The notes under the pieces are model-generated. The model saw only the letters and a program-made list of their open reading frames with translations. It was not told the origin of the DNA and did no database searches. The translations under genes were made by a program, and so were the position numbers. A stretch of 64,000 nt of DNA from an uncultured Oscillospiraceae bacterium (GTDB lineage Bacteria; Bacillota; Clostridia; Oscillospirales; Acutalibacteraceae), in assembly GCA_949297075.1 (NCBI GenBank), contig CASFRX010000024.1:7651-71650 (forward strand). Reading direction: 5' to 3'. Shown here in pieces: positions 9,190 to 19,535 of this stretch. The first letter of the stretch is position 1. Each line of letters opens with the position of its first letter.

Positions 9190-11529
9190 ATGACAAAAAA
9201 ATGGCTTTACGGTTTAGAGGGCTTTGCTCTGAGCAAACCGCTTAGGGAAGAGGTTTTTGTCGTTGAACAGTTGTTCCCTGCTCATTTAGAAGCCGATGAT
9301 TATGAAGATAAGGCTTGGCACTATATTGTTGAAGAAAAGGGAGAAACCGTTGCAACAGGCCGTCTTATTAAGCTTGATGAGGGTGTGTATAAGCTTGGAC
9401 GCATAGCCGTAAAAAAGAATATGCGCGGTTTAAAGCTCGGTGCAGATATAACTTCTTCGCTTATTGAAAAAGCTAAGGATTTAGGGGCAAATATTATAAA
9501 AATCAGCGGTCAGACTCACGCTGTGCCTTTCTATGAAAAATTCGGCTTTGCAGTTGCAGGACCTGAGTTTATGGAAGAAAATCTTCCTCATGTTGATATG
9601 TGCATGAATTTGGTTTTTGAGGGATGCGATTGGCTCGGATTCGATGATAATACTTCAGCTGTCTATGCAAAGGCAACTTTTAATGTGAAAAAAGGGCAGA
9701 GTGTAAAGCTTTTTTCTTCAGGCTTAGGTTTCTGCAATATTAAAATTAACGGCGAAAAAGTTGATGATGCCTTGCTTTCTCCTGCGTGGACTAACTACGA
9801 AAAGCGTGATTTATCAGTCCTCAACTATCCGCTTCATGATATTCTTGTGCACAGGATTCACTATGTTGAAAACGATATTTCCGATTTCGTTGTTGACGGA
9901 GAAAATACAGTTGAGTTTCATATAGGCGAGGGCTGGTATGCCCAGCATTTAAGCCGAAACGAAGGTATAATCGCATACGGAGCGCTCAAGCTTTGCTTCA
10001 AGGTGTTGGCTGATGATGAATTGGTTGCAAAATCAGATGAAAATGTTCTGTGGAAGAAGTCCTATGTAACTCAAACCAATATCTATTTCGGTGAAGTTCA
10101 GGATGCAAGGCTTATTGATAAGGGTGAGTGGAAGCCTGCAGCAAAAATTCCTGCTCCTCTTTCGGTGCTGACTAAGCAGAGCTGTCCTGCCGACAGAGAA
10201 ATCAGAACAATAATTCCAAAGAAGATTCATTCATTCGGCGATACCGCAATATATGATTTAGGCGAAAATGTTTCAGGCTATGCTAAGCTGGTTTTCGGCG
10301 ATCGTACGGTTCTTGATGAAAGAGCTTTTGTCCGATATGCCGAGGAGCTTAACCCCGACGGTTCATTGAATTTTGATTCAGCCGGTGGTGCGTGGCGTAT
10401 TCAGAGGGATGAGTTTATTTATTCCAACGAACATAAAATGTATGAGTTTTATCCGCAGTTTACTTGGCATGCGGGCAGATATTTTGAGGTACAGGGCAAC
10501 GCATTCCCAACGGAATTTGCCGTTGTTCATACTGATATTAAGCAAATTGTGGATTATAAATCGGATAATGAAAATCTCCAATGGATTTTTGATGCTTATA
10601 TTCGCACTCAGCTTGATAATATTCATTGCTGCGTGCCGTCAGACTGCCCTCACAGAGAGCGTTTAGGCTATACAGGGGACGGTCAGCTTGCCTGCGACGC
10701 TGTAATGACTTGCTTTGACGCCAAGGATATGTACCTTAAGTGGATGCAGGATATTGCAGACAGTCAGGATATTTACACAGGTCGGGTTGAGAATACTGCT
10801 CCGTTTTACGGCGGTGGCGGCGGCCCCGGCGGCTGGGGCGGCGCAATAGTGTTTGTTCCGTATACATTCTACAAGCACTACGGAGATAAAGAAGTGCTTA
10901 AAAAGTATTATCCCAATATGCTTAAATATCTTTCTTATCTGCGTTCTCGCAGTGAGAACAGCCTTGTTGTCCGCTCGGAAGAGGGAAGTTGGTGTTTGGG
11001 AGATTGGTGTACAGTTGAAAAAGTTGAAATTCCCGAACCTTTTGTCAACACATATTTTCACATAAGAGCCATAAGAGCTGTTAAGGAAATAGCTGAAATT
11101 ATTGGTGAAAAACCTGATACTACTGCTTTGGAATTTGAACAAAAAGCAGTAGAGGCAATGTACGGTACCTATTTTAACCCTGAAACAGGCTCTTTTTGCG
11201 GCGGTGTGCAGGGCGCAGATGCCTTTGCTGTTGAGCTTAAATTGGGCGATGAAAGAACATATAAAAATGTTGTTAAAAAATATACTGAGCTTAATCGTTT
11301 TGATACGGGCATATTCGGCACGGATATTCTTGTGCGTATTCTCTGCGAGAACGGAGATAAAGCCCTTGCAAAACAGCTTTTGGCAAGTGAAAACGGAATA
11401 GGCACTTTCCACTACATGAAAGCTAAGGGCGCAACAACCCTTTGGGAGTGTTGGGACGGAGCTGATTCCCACAATCACCCCATGTTCGGCTCGATCGTCG
11501 CTTCAATGATTAAATACGATATAAAATAA
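9190..11529 (+). CDS. GNAT acetyltransferase domain fused to a GH78 alpha-L-rhamnosidase
   Basis: Residues 1 to about 140 form a GNAT fold (RLGRIAVKKNMRGLKLG...FYEKFGF). The rest has GH78 hallmarks (INGEKVDDALLSPAWTNYEKR and the DCPHRERLGYTGDG motif). One continuous ORF. Confidence 0.8.
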   Translation: MTKKWLYGLEGFALSKPLREEVFVVEQLFPAHLEADDYEDKAWHYIVEEKGETVATGRLIKLDEGVYKLGRIAVKKNMRGLKLGADITSSLIEKAKDLGANIIKISGQTHAVPFYEKFGFAVAGPEFMEENLPHVDMCMNLVFEGCDWLGFDDNTSAVYAKATFNVKKGQSVKLFSSGLGFCNIKINGEKVDDALLSPAWTNYEKRDLSVLNYPLHDILVHRIHYVENDISDFVVDGENTVEFHIGEGWYAQHLSRNEGIIAYGALKLCFKVLADDELVAKSDENVLWKKSYVTQTNIYFGEVQDARLIDKGEWKPAAKIPAPLSVLTKQSCPADREIRTIIPKKIHSFGDTAIYDLGENVSGYAKLVFGDRTVLDERAFVRYAEELNPDGSLNFDSAGGAWRIQRDEFIYSNEHKMYEFYPQFTWHAGRYFEVQGNAFPTEFAVVHTDIKQIVDYKSDNENLQWIFDAYIRTQLDNIHCCVPSDCPHRERLGYTGDGQLACDAVMTCFDAKDMYLKWMQDIADSQDIYTGRVENTAPFYGGGGGPGGWGGAIVFVPYTFYKHYGDKEVLKKYYPNMLKYLSYLRSRSENSLVVRSEEGSWCLGDWCTVEKVEIPEPFVNTYFHIRAIRAVKEIAEIIGEKPDTTALEFEQKAVEAMYGTYFNPETGSFCGGVQGADAFAVELKLGDERTYKNVVKKYTELNRFDTGIFGTDILVRILCENGDKALAKQLLASENGIGTFHYMKAKGATTLWECWDGADSHNHPMFGSIVASMIKYDIK

Positions 11530-11534
11530 AAAAT

Positions 11535-11586
11535 GTGCCATTCTTAAGGGGTGTGAACTCTACTTAAGAATGGCACTCGTTTTTTG
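11535..11586. terminator. bidirectional terminator
   Basis: 14-bp perfect stem GTGCCATTCTTAAG (11535-11548) with CTTAAGAATGGCAC (11563-11576), then TCGTTTTTT. Confidence 0.8.
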
Positions 11587-11593
11587 CAGCTTA

Positions 11594-12520
11594 CTATTTG
11601 GCTAAAAACTCAAGGACTTGAGCAGATATTTCCTCTGCACGGTTCTCTTCGCACATATGTCCGCCGCCTTCAACAAGATAGTTTGCAGCATGAGGGAAAG
11701 CCTTGGCAACAGTTTGCTTCATATCCGCTGTTAAAATAAGGTCTTTATCTGCCTGAACAATAAGAACGGGCATATCAACTTTTGAAATCTTTTCAAAATC
11801 GTTAACCATAGCTCTTGCGCTGGTTACCATGTTGCTGTAGCCTGTGTTTTTGATTTGCAGAGGTACGGCGATTTTATCAAGGTCATAGCCCTTTGTAAAA
11901 TCCCAATCCATAAATGCCATATAGGCAACCATGCGAAGCAAGGGATCAATTTTTGTAAGGTTTTCAAAAATAAAATTTGCCATTGTGCCCATAATTTTAA
12001 GCATTGTGGGGTTCTTCATCATATCTCCCACATCTGTAATCGGGCAAGGGCAAATGAGCATAAGGCTCTTGAGAGTTGGCTCCATTGCCGCTATGTTCAT
12101 TGCTACTCCTCCACCCATTGAATGACCCATTACGCTCCATTCGTTTATGGGGGCGATTGTTTTCATTAAGTTAATAACAAGCTCTTCGCGGGGTATAACA
12201 TCTTCCTCGGCAACATCGCTTTCCCTTGTGCTGTAGCCAAAGCCGGGCAGGTCAACAAGCACGCAGGTGTAGCCCTCGGGTAATAGCTCAGCCACCATTG
12301 GTTCCCATGTCTGAGTTGAAAGAGCAAAGCCGTGAATCATCATGATATTGCCTTTTTCATTTTCTGCTTCAAAAACTCTGTAATGAAGTGTGTATTTACC
12401 CTGAGTGTAGTATTCGCTGTTTTCAAAGGGCTTTTGTGCATCTTCTGCATTGACGCCGATGAAAAGGGTAGGTAACACGATGAAAATTGCCAAAAGAACA
12501 GCTGTGATTTTTTTAGTCAT
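11594..12520 (-). CDS. secreted alpha/beta-fold hydrolase
   Basis: Signal peptide present. GHSMGG nucleophile elbow and a C-terminal GGHM motif. Confidence 0.8.
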   Translation of the reverse strand: MTKKITAVLLAIFIVLPTLFIGVNAEDAQKPFENSEYYTQGKYTLHYRVFEAENEKGNIMMIHGFALSTQTWEPMVAELLPEGYTCVLVDLPGFGYSTRESDVAEEDVIPREELVINLMKTIAPINEWSVMGHSMGGGVAMNIAAMEPTLKSLMLICPCPITDVGDMMKNPTMLKIMGTMANFIFENLTKIDPLLRMVAYMAFMDWDFTKGYDLDKIAVPLQIKNTGYSNMVTSARAMVNDFEKISKVDMPVLIVQADKDLILTADMKQTVAKAFPHAANYLVEGGGHMCEENRAEEISAQVLEFLAK

Positions 12521-12547
12521 TTTGTTTTTCCTTTTATGTGTTAAATT

Positions 12548-13450
12548 TCATTCGTTAATTGTTGGCTTGAAGCCTTTACCTATAATTTCGTTTGCTTCTG
12601 TAATAATTGTAAAGGTATTGGGATCTATGGATTTAATCAGCTTTATTACAGAGGAAACCTCGTTGCTGCGAAGAACGCAGACAAGCATATTTTTTTCTTC
12701 CTTTGTGTAAGCTCCCGTTACAGGCACTATGCTGACGCCTCTTGGCGATTGTGAAATTATTGCATGAGAAATTTCTTCCGATTTTTCCGTGATGACCATG
12801 AGCATTTTGCTCTTGCCCATGCCGTAAAGAATATAGTCGATAACCTTTGAGCTTACAAAAATAACAATTGCTGCGTACAAAGCGCTTTCAATGCTGCGGA
12901 ATACTATAGCCGAAACAGCAATGACAACCATATCGCTGAGCATTACAAGCTTGCCGTAAGACATATGGGGAAAAACAAGCCGCAGTAGCTTGCTCATAAC
13001 ATCTGTGCCGCCTGTGGTAGCTCCTCTGGCGGCAACTATTGCAACTCCTGCACCGAGCAGCGCTCCTGAAAAAATAGAAGCCAAAAGCTTGTCGCCTGTA
13101 TATTCATAAGGAACTAAAACCGCAGTAATATCAATAGCGGCAGAAAGCAAAACCGTTACCCACAGGGTTTTCGCAACGAATTTTTTGCCTATAAAAATCC
13201 ACGCTAAAATTAAAATTGGAATGTTAAGCGCCAAGTTGACTGCTCCGACGGGTAATTTGCTCAGATAATTTATAACGATTGCTAAGCCCGAAAAGCCACC
13301 TTGAGCGATATTGTTCGGTACATTGAAAATATTGATTGCAAGTGCATACAGAACGCAGCCTATCACCCAAAAAATGTTATCAACGGCTAAATCAAATGCT
13401 CGTTTTTTCTTTTCTTTTTTGCTAAGTGAAGAAGATTCAGTCTTTTTCAT
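12548..13450 (-). CDS. YitT-family membrane protein (DUF161 plus DUF2179)
   Basis: Multi-TM N-terminal part and a C-terminal DUF2179-like soluble domain. ATG at 13450 follows GAGGAG and overlaps the mrnC stop (ATGA). Confidence 0.75.
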   Translation of the reverse strand: MKKTESSSLSKKEKKKRAFDLAVDNIFWVIGCVLYALAINIFNVPNNIAQGGFSGLAIVINYLSKLPVGAVNLALNIPILILAWIFIGKKFVAKTLWVTVLLSAAIDITAVLVPYEYTGDKLLASIFSGALLGAGVAIVAARGATTGGTDVMSKLLRLVFPHMSYGKLVMLSDMVVIAVSAIVFRSIESALYAAIVIFVSSKVIDYILYGMGKSKMLMVITEKSEEISHAIISQSPRGVSIVPVTGAYTKEEKNMLVCVLRSNEVSSVIKLIKSIDPNTFTIITEANEIIGKGFKPTINE

Positions 13451-13851
13451 TTGCCTGGCTCCTCGCAAATTATATTAAAAAGCTCTCTCATTCTGGTTGC
13501 TTCACCTTTTAAGTATAAATAGCCGAACAGCGCCTCAAAGCCTGTTGCGCTGTGATATTGAGCAGGAGATGCACCTTTGGGAATGTGTGAAACCTTGGCG
13601 TTTCTGCCTCGTTTGTAAGCTGCTGTTTCTTCTTCGGAAAGAAATGGCAGTATTTTTTGCACTGCCTTATACTGTGCGCTTGCGCTCACAAAGCCGACTG
13701 CAAGGCGGTGGAGCTCTTCAGGGGGTCTGTCGCCCTTCAAGGCTAAAAATTCACGAACTAAAATTTCGTAAACGGCATCGCCTAAAAATGCTAAAGATAT
13801 TGGGTTGAGTGTGTTAGGGCTTCGTTCGGATTTGTTTATAAGGTTTTCCAA
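13447..13851 (-). CDS. mrnC: mini-ribonuclease III
   Basis: LAFLGDAVYE RNase III signature in a 134-aa protein. Confidence 0.9.
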   Translation of the reverse strand: MENLINKSERSPNTLNPISLAFLGDAVYEILVREFLALKGDRPPEELHRLAVGFVSASAQYKAVQKILPFLSEEETAAYKRGRNAKVSHIPKGASPAQYHSATGFEALFGYLYLKGEATRMRELFNIICEEPGK

Positions 13852-13863
13852 ATTAACCCTCCG

Positions 13864-15135
13864 TTACGGTACATAATCAAATTCAAAATCGTAAATAACT
13901 ACGCTGTCTCCTTCGTTTATTCCCATTTCCGCCAAACGGTCGAGTATTCCGCTTGTTTCAAGAACACGCTGGAAATATTGGAGAGATTCATAGTCGTCAA
14001 GATCGGTGCGCTGCAATATTCTGAGAAGCCATTCGCCCTCAACAAAATAAACGCCGTCTTCACAGCTTACCGTGAAGTTATCTCCGCTTTCGGGAAGAAG
14101 ATCGGTGCTCTTAATTTCTTCACTCTCGTAGCGGACAACAGGGGGCAGGGTAGCGAGCCTTGCCGCAACTGCGTTAATAACCTCTTTTGTGCCCTCGGAA
14201 ATAGGTGCGCACATTTTAAAGAACTGATAGCCGTGCTCGCTCATGTATTTTTCAAGGCGTTCAAGCTGTTCGTCTGTTGCAAGGTCAATTTTGTTTGCAA
14301 CAACTATTTGTTCACGCTCTGCAAGCTCAGGGTTGAACTTTTTGAGCTCTAGGTTGATTTTTTCAAAATCCTCGATGGGGTCTCTCGCCTCACTGCCTGC
14401 GGCGTCTAAGATATGCACGAGCATACGGCAGCGCTCAACATGGCGCAGAAATTCGTGACCCAAGCCTATGCCTTCGCTTGCTCCCTCAATAAGTCCGGGA
14501 ATATCAGCGATAACAAACGAGTTGCCTTCACCCATGCGAACAACACCCAAAACAGGTGTAATGGTTGTGAAATGGTAATCGGCAACTATGGGTTTTGCTT
14601 CGCTTACAACTGAAATGAAGCTTGATTTACCTACATTTGGGAAACCAAGCAAACCAACATCCGCAATCAGCTTGAGTTCAAGCGAAACTTCCCATTCTTC
14701 GCCGGGAGTTCCACTTTTTGCAAATCTCGGAGCCTGTCTTGTGGGGGTTGCAAAATGGGGGTTACCCCAGCCGCCTCTGCCGCCTTTTGCGGCTACGAAA
14801 GGCTTGTCATCGGAAAGGTCAGCCATAACCTTGCCTGTGTTAACTTCTCTGATAACGGTGCCGAGGGGAACATATATAACTAAATCTTCGCCCTTTTTTC
14901 CGTTCTTTCTGCCGCTTTGACCGTTGCCGCCGCTTTGTGCGGTGTATTTGCGCTTGTAGCGGAAGTCGGCGAGAGTTGAAAGGTTGGTATCAACCTTAAA
15001 AACAATATCTCCGCCTTTACCGCCATCGCCGCCGTCAGGGCCGCCTGAAGCTATGTACTTTTCACGGTGAAAAGCTACACAGCCGTCGCCGCCTTTGCCG
15101 GCCTTAATTTTTATTTTTGCTATATCTACGAACAT
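13864..15135 (-). CDS. obg: GTPase Obg/CgtA
   Basis: MFVDIAKIKIKAGKGGDGCVAFHREKY Obg-fold N-terminus. G1 motif GFPNVGKS. C-terminal OCT domain. Confidence 0.95.
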   Translation of the reverse strand: MFVDIAKIKIKAGKGGDGCVAFHREKYIASGGPDGGDGGKGGDIVFKVDTNLSTLADFRYKRKYTAQSGGNGQSGRKNGKKGEDLVIYVPLGTVIREVNTGKVMADLSDDKPFVAAKGGRGGWGNPHFATPTRQAPRFAKSGTPGEEWEVSLELKLIADVGLLGFPNVGKSSFISVVSEAKPIVADYHFTTITPVLGVVRMGEGNSFVIADIPGLIEGASEGIGLGHEFLRHVERCRMLVHILDAAGSEARDPIEDFEKINLELKKFNPELAEREQIVVANKIDLATDEQLERLEKYMSEHGYQFFKMCAPISEGTKEVINAVAARLATLPPVVRYESEEIKSTDLLPESGDNFTVSCEDGVYFVEGEWLLRILQRTDLDDYESLQYFQRVLETSGILDRLAEMGINEGDSVVIYDFEFDYVP

Positions 15136-15158
15136 CTTTATTACCTATTCCTTGAGTT

Positions 15159-16400
15159 TTATGAAAGCTCATGTATAAATAAGCCGCTTAAGAGTTTTGG
15201 CTCAAACCAAGTGGATTTCGGGGGCATGATAAGGTTTGCATCTGCAATAGCCATAAGGTCATCAAGAGTTGTGGGATACATGGAAATGGCCATAATCATA
15301 TCGCTTGCTGCTCGTCTTTCCAGCTCCTCAAGACCTCTTATGCCGCCGACAAAGTCAATTCTCTTGTCTGTTCTCGGGTCATCAATGCCGAGGATGGGGG
15401 AAATGAGATTGTTTTGAAGAATTGAAACATCGAGCTGAGAAACAGGGTCGTTGGGGTCGAATGAACCGGTCTTTGCTGTGAGTTTGTACCACTTGCCCTC
15501 CAAATACAAACCGAATGTGTGCTTTTCTGTGGGCTTGTAGGGAGAAGAGGGTGCTGTTTCAAAATCAAAGCTTTCGCCGATAGCTGTCAAAAACTGGTCA
15601 CGGCTCATGCCCTTAAGGTCACGGATTACTCGGTTATAATCCATGATTTCCAGCTCGTCGGCAGGGAAAGAAACTGCAAGAAAACGGTTGAATTCTTCTT
15701 CGCCTGTATAGTCGGGATTAGCTTCTCTGCGCTTTAAGCCGACCTTGACAGCTGATGCACACCGGTGATGGCCGTCAGCAATGTAGAGATAATCAATCTT
15801 GTCAAAAGCCCTAGCAATATCATTATTGACATTTTCATCGTCAATTACCCAAACAGTCTGAGCAACATCGTCGGCTATAAAATCATATTCCGGTGTATGG
15901 TTTGCCTGCCAATCGGCAATAATTGCTTTAACGGCATCGCCGTTTTTGTATGTTAAGAAAATGGGTCCTGTGTTTGCATTGCAGGTGTCAACATGGTTGA
16001 TTCTGTCCTGCTCTTTATCTGCACGGGTAAGTTCATGCTTTTTGATGATATTGTTGATATAATCATCAATGGAAGCGCAGCCTACAAGACCTGTTTGGCT
16101 TCTGCCGTTCATAATCTGGCGGTAGATGAAGAAACAGGGTACGCTATCTTTCTTGCAAATCCCGTCTGAAACAAGCTTTTGAAGGTTTTCTGCTGCCTTT
16201 TCGTAAACAATCTTATCGTAAAGATAGGTGTCTTCGGGCAAATCTATTTCAGCTTTGTCAACATGTAAAAATGAGTAGGGGTTGCCATCAACCATTTTTC
16301 GTGCTTCTGCGCTGTTCATAACATCGTAGGGAAGTGCTGCGACTTTATCTGCGTATTCTTTATTGGGACGAACCGCCTTAAAAGGTTTAAAATAAGCCAT
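15159..16400 (-). CDS. DUF1015 family protein
   Basis: MAYFKPFKAVRPN...LPYDVM N-terminus and an IADGHHR motif, typical of DUF1015. Confidence 0.8.
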   Translation of the reverse strand: MAYFKPFKAVRPNKEYADKVAALPYDVMNSAEARKMVDGNPYSFLHVDKAEIDLPEDTYLYDKIVYEKAAENLQKLVSDGICKKDSVPCFFIYRQIMNGRSQTGLVGCASIDDYINNIIKKHELTRADKEQDRINHVDTCNANTGPIFLTYKNGDAVKAIIADWQANHTPEYDFIADDVAQTVWVIDDENVNNDIARAFDKIDYLYIADGHHRCASAVKVGLKRREANPDYTGEEEFNRFLAVSFPADELEIMDYNRVIRDLKGMSRDQFLTAIGESFDFETAPSSPYKPTEKHTFGLYLEGKWYKLTAKTGSFDPNDPVSQLDVSILQNNLISPILGIDDPRTDKRIDFVGGIRGLEELERRAASDMIMAISMYPTTLDDLMAIADANLIMPPKSTWFEPKLLSGLFIHELS

Positions 16401-16563
16401 TTGGTGTATCTCCTTAAATATTTATTATCTATTTAAATTTACTACTTTTATATTGTAAAGTCAAGTGGATAAAATAAAAGGAGCGGTTACTGTATTTAAT
16501 TTTAAAAAAGTAGTGACATTTCACAAAATTATGCTATAATATTATGAAAATATACTAATTAAT

Positions 16564-17550
16564 TTGATTGGGGTAGTGCTTTTGTTTGAGCAAACAATAA
16601 ATATTGACAGAATGGAGCATGCCGTCAGCCTTTTCGGCAGCTTTGATGAAAATATACGCAATATAGAGAACGAATACGGTGTTGCTGTTGTTTCACGAGG
16701 CTCCGAGCTTAAAGTAACAGGTGAGGTTGAGGGGGTTGCCAAAGCGGTTCGTGCGATTAACGGCTTGCTTGCGCTCATAAATAAGGGTGAAGCACTTAAT
16801 GAGCAGAATGTTCGCTATGTTATGACCCTTGTAGGCGAGGGTAACGAAGGTCAGATTGCTTCAATGGGTAATGACTGCGTTTGCATCAGCGCAAGAGGTA
16901 AGCCCATTAAGCCCAAAACCTTAGGACAGAAGAATTATATTGAAGCCATTAAGAATAATACCATTGTTTTCGGTATTGGTCCTGCGGGTACGGGTAAAAC
17001 CTATTTGGCGGTTGCGATGGCTGTCAATGCCTTCAGAGCAAAAGAGGTCAACCGAATTATTCTGACCCGTCCTGCGGTTGAAGCAGGAGAAAAGCTTGGC
17101 TTTTTGCCCGGTGATCTGCAGCAGAAAGTTGACCCCTATTTGAGACCTCTTTATGATGCCCTTTTTGATATGCTCGGTGCGGAGAATTTTCAGAGATATC
17201 AGGAGCGAGGAAGCATTGAGGTTGCGCCCCTTGCTTATATGCGAGGAAGAACGCTTGATGACAGCTTTGTTATTCTTGATGAGGCGCAGAATACCACGCC
17301 TGAGCAGATGAAGATGTTTTTAACCCGTCTCGGCTTTAATTCAAAAATGGTAATAACCGGCGATATTACTCAGATTGACTTGCCTGACGGCAAGCGATCA
17401 GGCCTTGTTGAGGTTGTAAAAATTCTTAAAAATGTTGAAGATATTGAAACGGTTACATTTAATGATAAGGATGTTGTAAGGCACAGACTTGTCCAGGATA
17501 TTGTTAAAGCTTATGCTAAATACGAAGAACGCAAGAAAAATCAGAAGTGA
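16564..17550 (+). CDS. phoH: PhoH-family ATPase (YbeZ-like)
   Basis: Walker A GPAGTGKT and an ILDEAQN motif. The true start may be an internal TTG/ATG (16582 or 16612). Confidence 0.9.
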   Translation: MIGVVLLFEQTINIDRMEHAVSLFGSFDENIRNIENEYGVAVVSRGSELKVTGEVEGVAKAVRAINGLLALINKGEALNEQNVRYVMTLVGEGNEGQIASMGNDCVCISARGKPIKPKTLGQKNYIEAIKNNTIVFGIGPAGTGKTYLAVAMAVNAFRAKEVNRIILTRPAVEAGEKLGFLPGDLQQKVDPYLRPLYDALFDMLGAENFQRYQERGSIEVAPLAYMRGRTLDDSFVILDEAQNTTPEQMKMFLTRLGFNSKMVITGDITQIDLPDGKRSGLVEVVKILKNVEDIETVTFNDKDVVRHRLVQDIVKAYAKYEERKKNQK

Positions 17551-17561
17551 GGGAAAAGGCT

Positions 17562-18077
17562 ATGAAAGACAAGATTAAGGTCATTATTACCGATGAACAG
17601 GCAAAAGTGAAAATTCCCACCGGATTGAGGCTGCTGATAAGGCGCAGCTGTACTGCTGTGCTCGTCAGCGAAGGCTTTGAGGGCTCTGCTGAGATCAGCG
17701 TAACTTTTGTTGATGATGAGCGTATTCATCAGCTCAATAAAGAGTTCAGAAATGTTGATTCTTCAACAGATGTGCTTTCTTTCCCTCTTGGCGAAAACGG
17801 TGTTTACGATGTTAATCCCGAAACAGGTGCAAAGCTTCTCGGAGATATAGTTATCTCTATGGAGCACGCTGTTGCTCAGGCACAGCTCTATGAGCATAGC
17901 TTACAGCGTGAGGTTGCTTTCCTCACCGTCCATTCAATGCTTCACCTGCTGGGCTATGATCATGTAAACGGCGGACTTGAAAGAGTCAGAATGCGTGAAA
18001 AAGAAGAGGAAGTTCTCATAAAGCTTGGTTTACATAGAACAAGCAGCTACTACCTCGGAGACGGCGACGAGGCGTAA
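17562..18077 (+). CDS. ybeY: rRNA maturation endoribonuclease YbeY
   Basis: HSMLHLLGYDH zinc motif. ATG 17562 follows GAGGGAAAAGG. Confidence 0.9.
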   Translation: MKDKIKVIITDEQAKVKIPTGLRLLIRRSCTAVLVSEGFEGSAEISVTFVDDERIHQLNKEFRNVDSSTDVLSFPLGENGVYDVNPETGAKLLGDIVISMEHAVAQAQLYEHSLQREVAFLTVHSMLHLLGYDHVNGGLERVRMREKEEEVLIKLGLHRTSSYYLGDGDEA

Positions 18078-18083
18078 TGCGAT

Positions 18084-18572
18084 ATGAAAGCGTTTTTTAA
18101 AAGCTTTGTATATGCGTTCAGAGGTTTAGGCTACTGCTTGGTGAACGAACGCAATATGCGAGTGCATTTTTGCTGTTTTGGTTATATGCTTTTCTTTTTG
18201 CTGAGGTATGATTTCTTTACCGTTAGCAAAACGCAGTGGTCTATACTTGCCCTTGCGGCGGCGCTTGTTATTGTGGCAGAGTATATAAATACCGCTGTTG
18301 AGCGTGCCGTTGATACCGCCGCCAAAGGCGAAAAAAGCGAAAGTGCAAAAATTGCAAAAGATACTGCCGCAGGCGCAGTACTGATAGCGGCGTTTTTTGC
18401 AGTTGCTGTGGGTATATTAATCTTGTATCAACCGTCTGCTTTTAAGGCAATGTTTGATTATTATGTTGCTAATCCCTTGAATTTCGCCTTTGTTTTATCA
18501 AGCATTATTTTGATTTTCGGTTTTGTAATTGCCGGACCTAAGAAAATTATTGAAATATTCAGGAGAAAATAG
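18084..18572 (+). CDS. dgkA: diacylglycerol/undecaprenol kinase family protein with an extra C-terminal TM segment
   Basis: NERNMRVH and INTAVE motifs of prokaryotic DAGK. At 162 aa it is longer than the roughly 120-aa norm. Confidence 0.8.
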   Translation: MKAFFKSFVYAFRGLGYCLVNERNMRVHFCCFGYMLFFLLRYDFFTVSKTQWSILALAAALVIVAEYINTAVERAVDTAAKGEKSESAKIAKDTAAGAVLIAAFFAVAVGILILYQPSAFKAMFDYYVANPLNFAFVLSSIILIFGFVIAGPKKIIEIFRRK

Positions 18573-18581
18573 ATTTTACTT

Positions 18582-19475
18582 ATGAATACACAAAAAACAT
18601 CTTTTATTGCGATTGTCGGCTGTCCGAATGTAGGTAAATCATCAATACTTAACAGGCTTTTGGGTGAAAAAATCGCAATCGTTTCCGATAAGCCTCAAAC
18701 AACACGCACGAGAATCATGGGAGTTTTGACCGAGGAGGAAACTCAGCTTGTTTTCACCGATACTCCAGGTTTCCACAGACCGAAAACAAAGCTCGGCGAA
18801 AAAATGATTAAGGCTGTTGACGAAAGCATTTCAGGTGTTGACGCCTGTCTTTTTGTTGTTGAGCCTCAGGGTGAACTGAGAGCAATAGAAGAGGATTTGA
18901 TTAAAAAATTTGCTCAGAACAAGATGAAAGTCGTCCTTGCCATAAATAAGGTTGATACAATACCCGAAAAAGAGCAGCTCATGCAGCGCATACTCATGTT
19001 TTCAAAGCTATATGATTTCGAGGCTATAGTGCCTGTTTCCGCTGTAAAAGGCGACAATATGAAAGCATTGCTCGATGAACTCAAAAAGCTTGCTGAGCCG
19101 GGATATCATTTCTTCCCGGAAGACACTTTGACCGACCAGCCGGAAAGAGTGCTTGCAGCCGAAATGATCAGAGAAAAGCTTCTCAGAAATCTTGATAAAG
19201 AAATACCCCACGGCACAGCGGTAAGCATTGAAAAGATGCGAGAGAGGGAAGACACTGAAATTATTGATATTGAAGCTACAATATACTGCGAAAAAGAGAG
19301 CCATAAAGGTATAATCATAGGTAAAGGCGGTGCAATGCTCAAGCGTGTTTCTACCAGAGCACGAGAGGATATGGAGCGTTTCTTTGACTGTAAAGTTAAC
19401 CTTAAATGTTGGGTCAAGGTTAAGGAGGATTGGCGCAACCGTGAGGGCTTGATTCACAATTTCGGACTTGATTAA
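18582..19475 (+). CDS. era: GTPase Era
   Basis: G1 motif GCPNVGKSS, DTPG and NKVD motifs, and a C-terminal KH domain (IIGKGGAMLK). Confidence 0.95.
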   Translation: MNTQKTSFIAIVGCPNVGKSSILNRLLGEKIAIVSDKPQTTRTRIMGVLTEEETQLVFTDTPGFHRPKTKLGEKMIKAVDESISGVDACLFVVEPQGELRAIEEDLIKKFAQNKMKVVLAINKVDTIPEKEQLMQRILMFSKLYDFEAIVPVSAVKGDNMKALLDELKKLAEPGYHFFPEDTLTDQPERVLAAEMIREKLLRNLDKEIPHGTAVSIEKMREREDTEIIDIEATIYCEKESHKGIIIGKGGAMLKRVSTRAREDMERFFDCKVNLKCWVKVKEDWRNREGLIHNFGLD

Positions 19476-19535
19476 TTTTCCACTTATAAAATAAATAGCT
19501 CCCTGCAAAATAAAATTGAAGGGAGCGATTAATTT

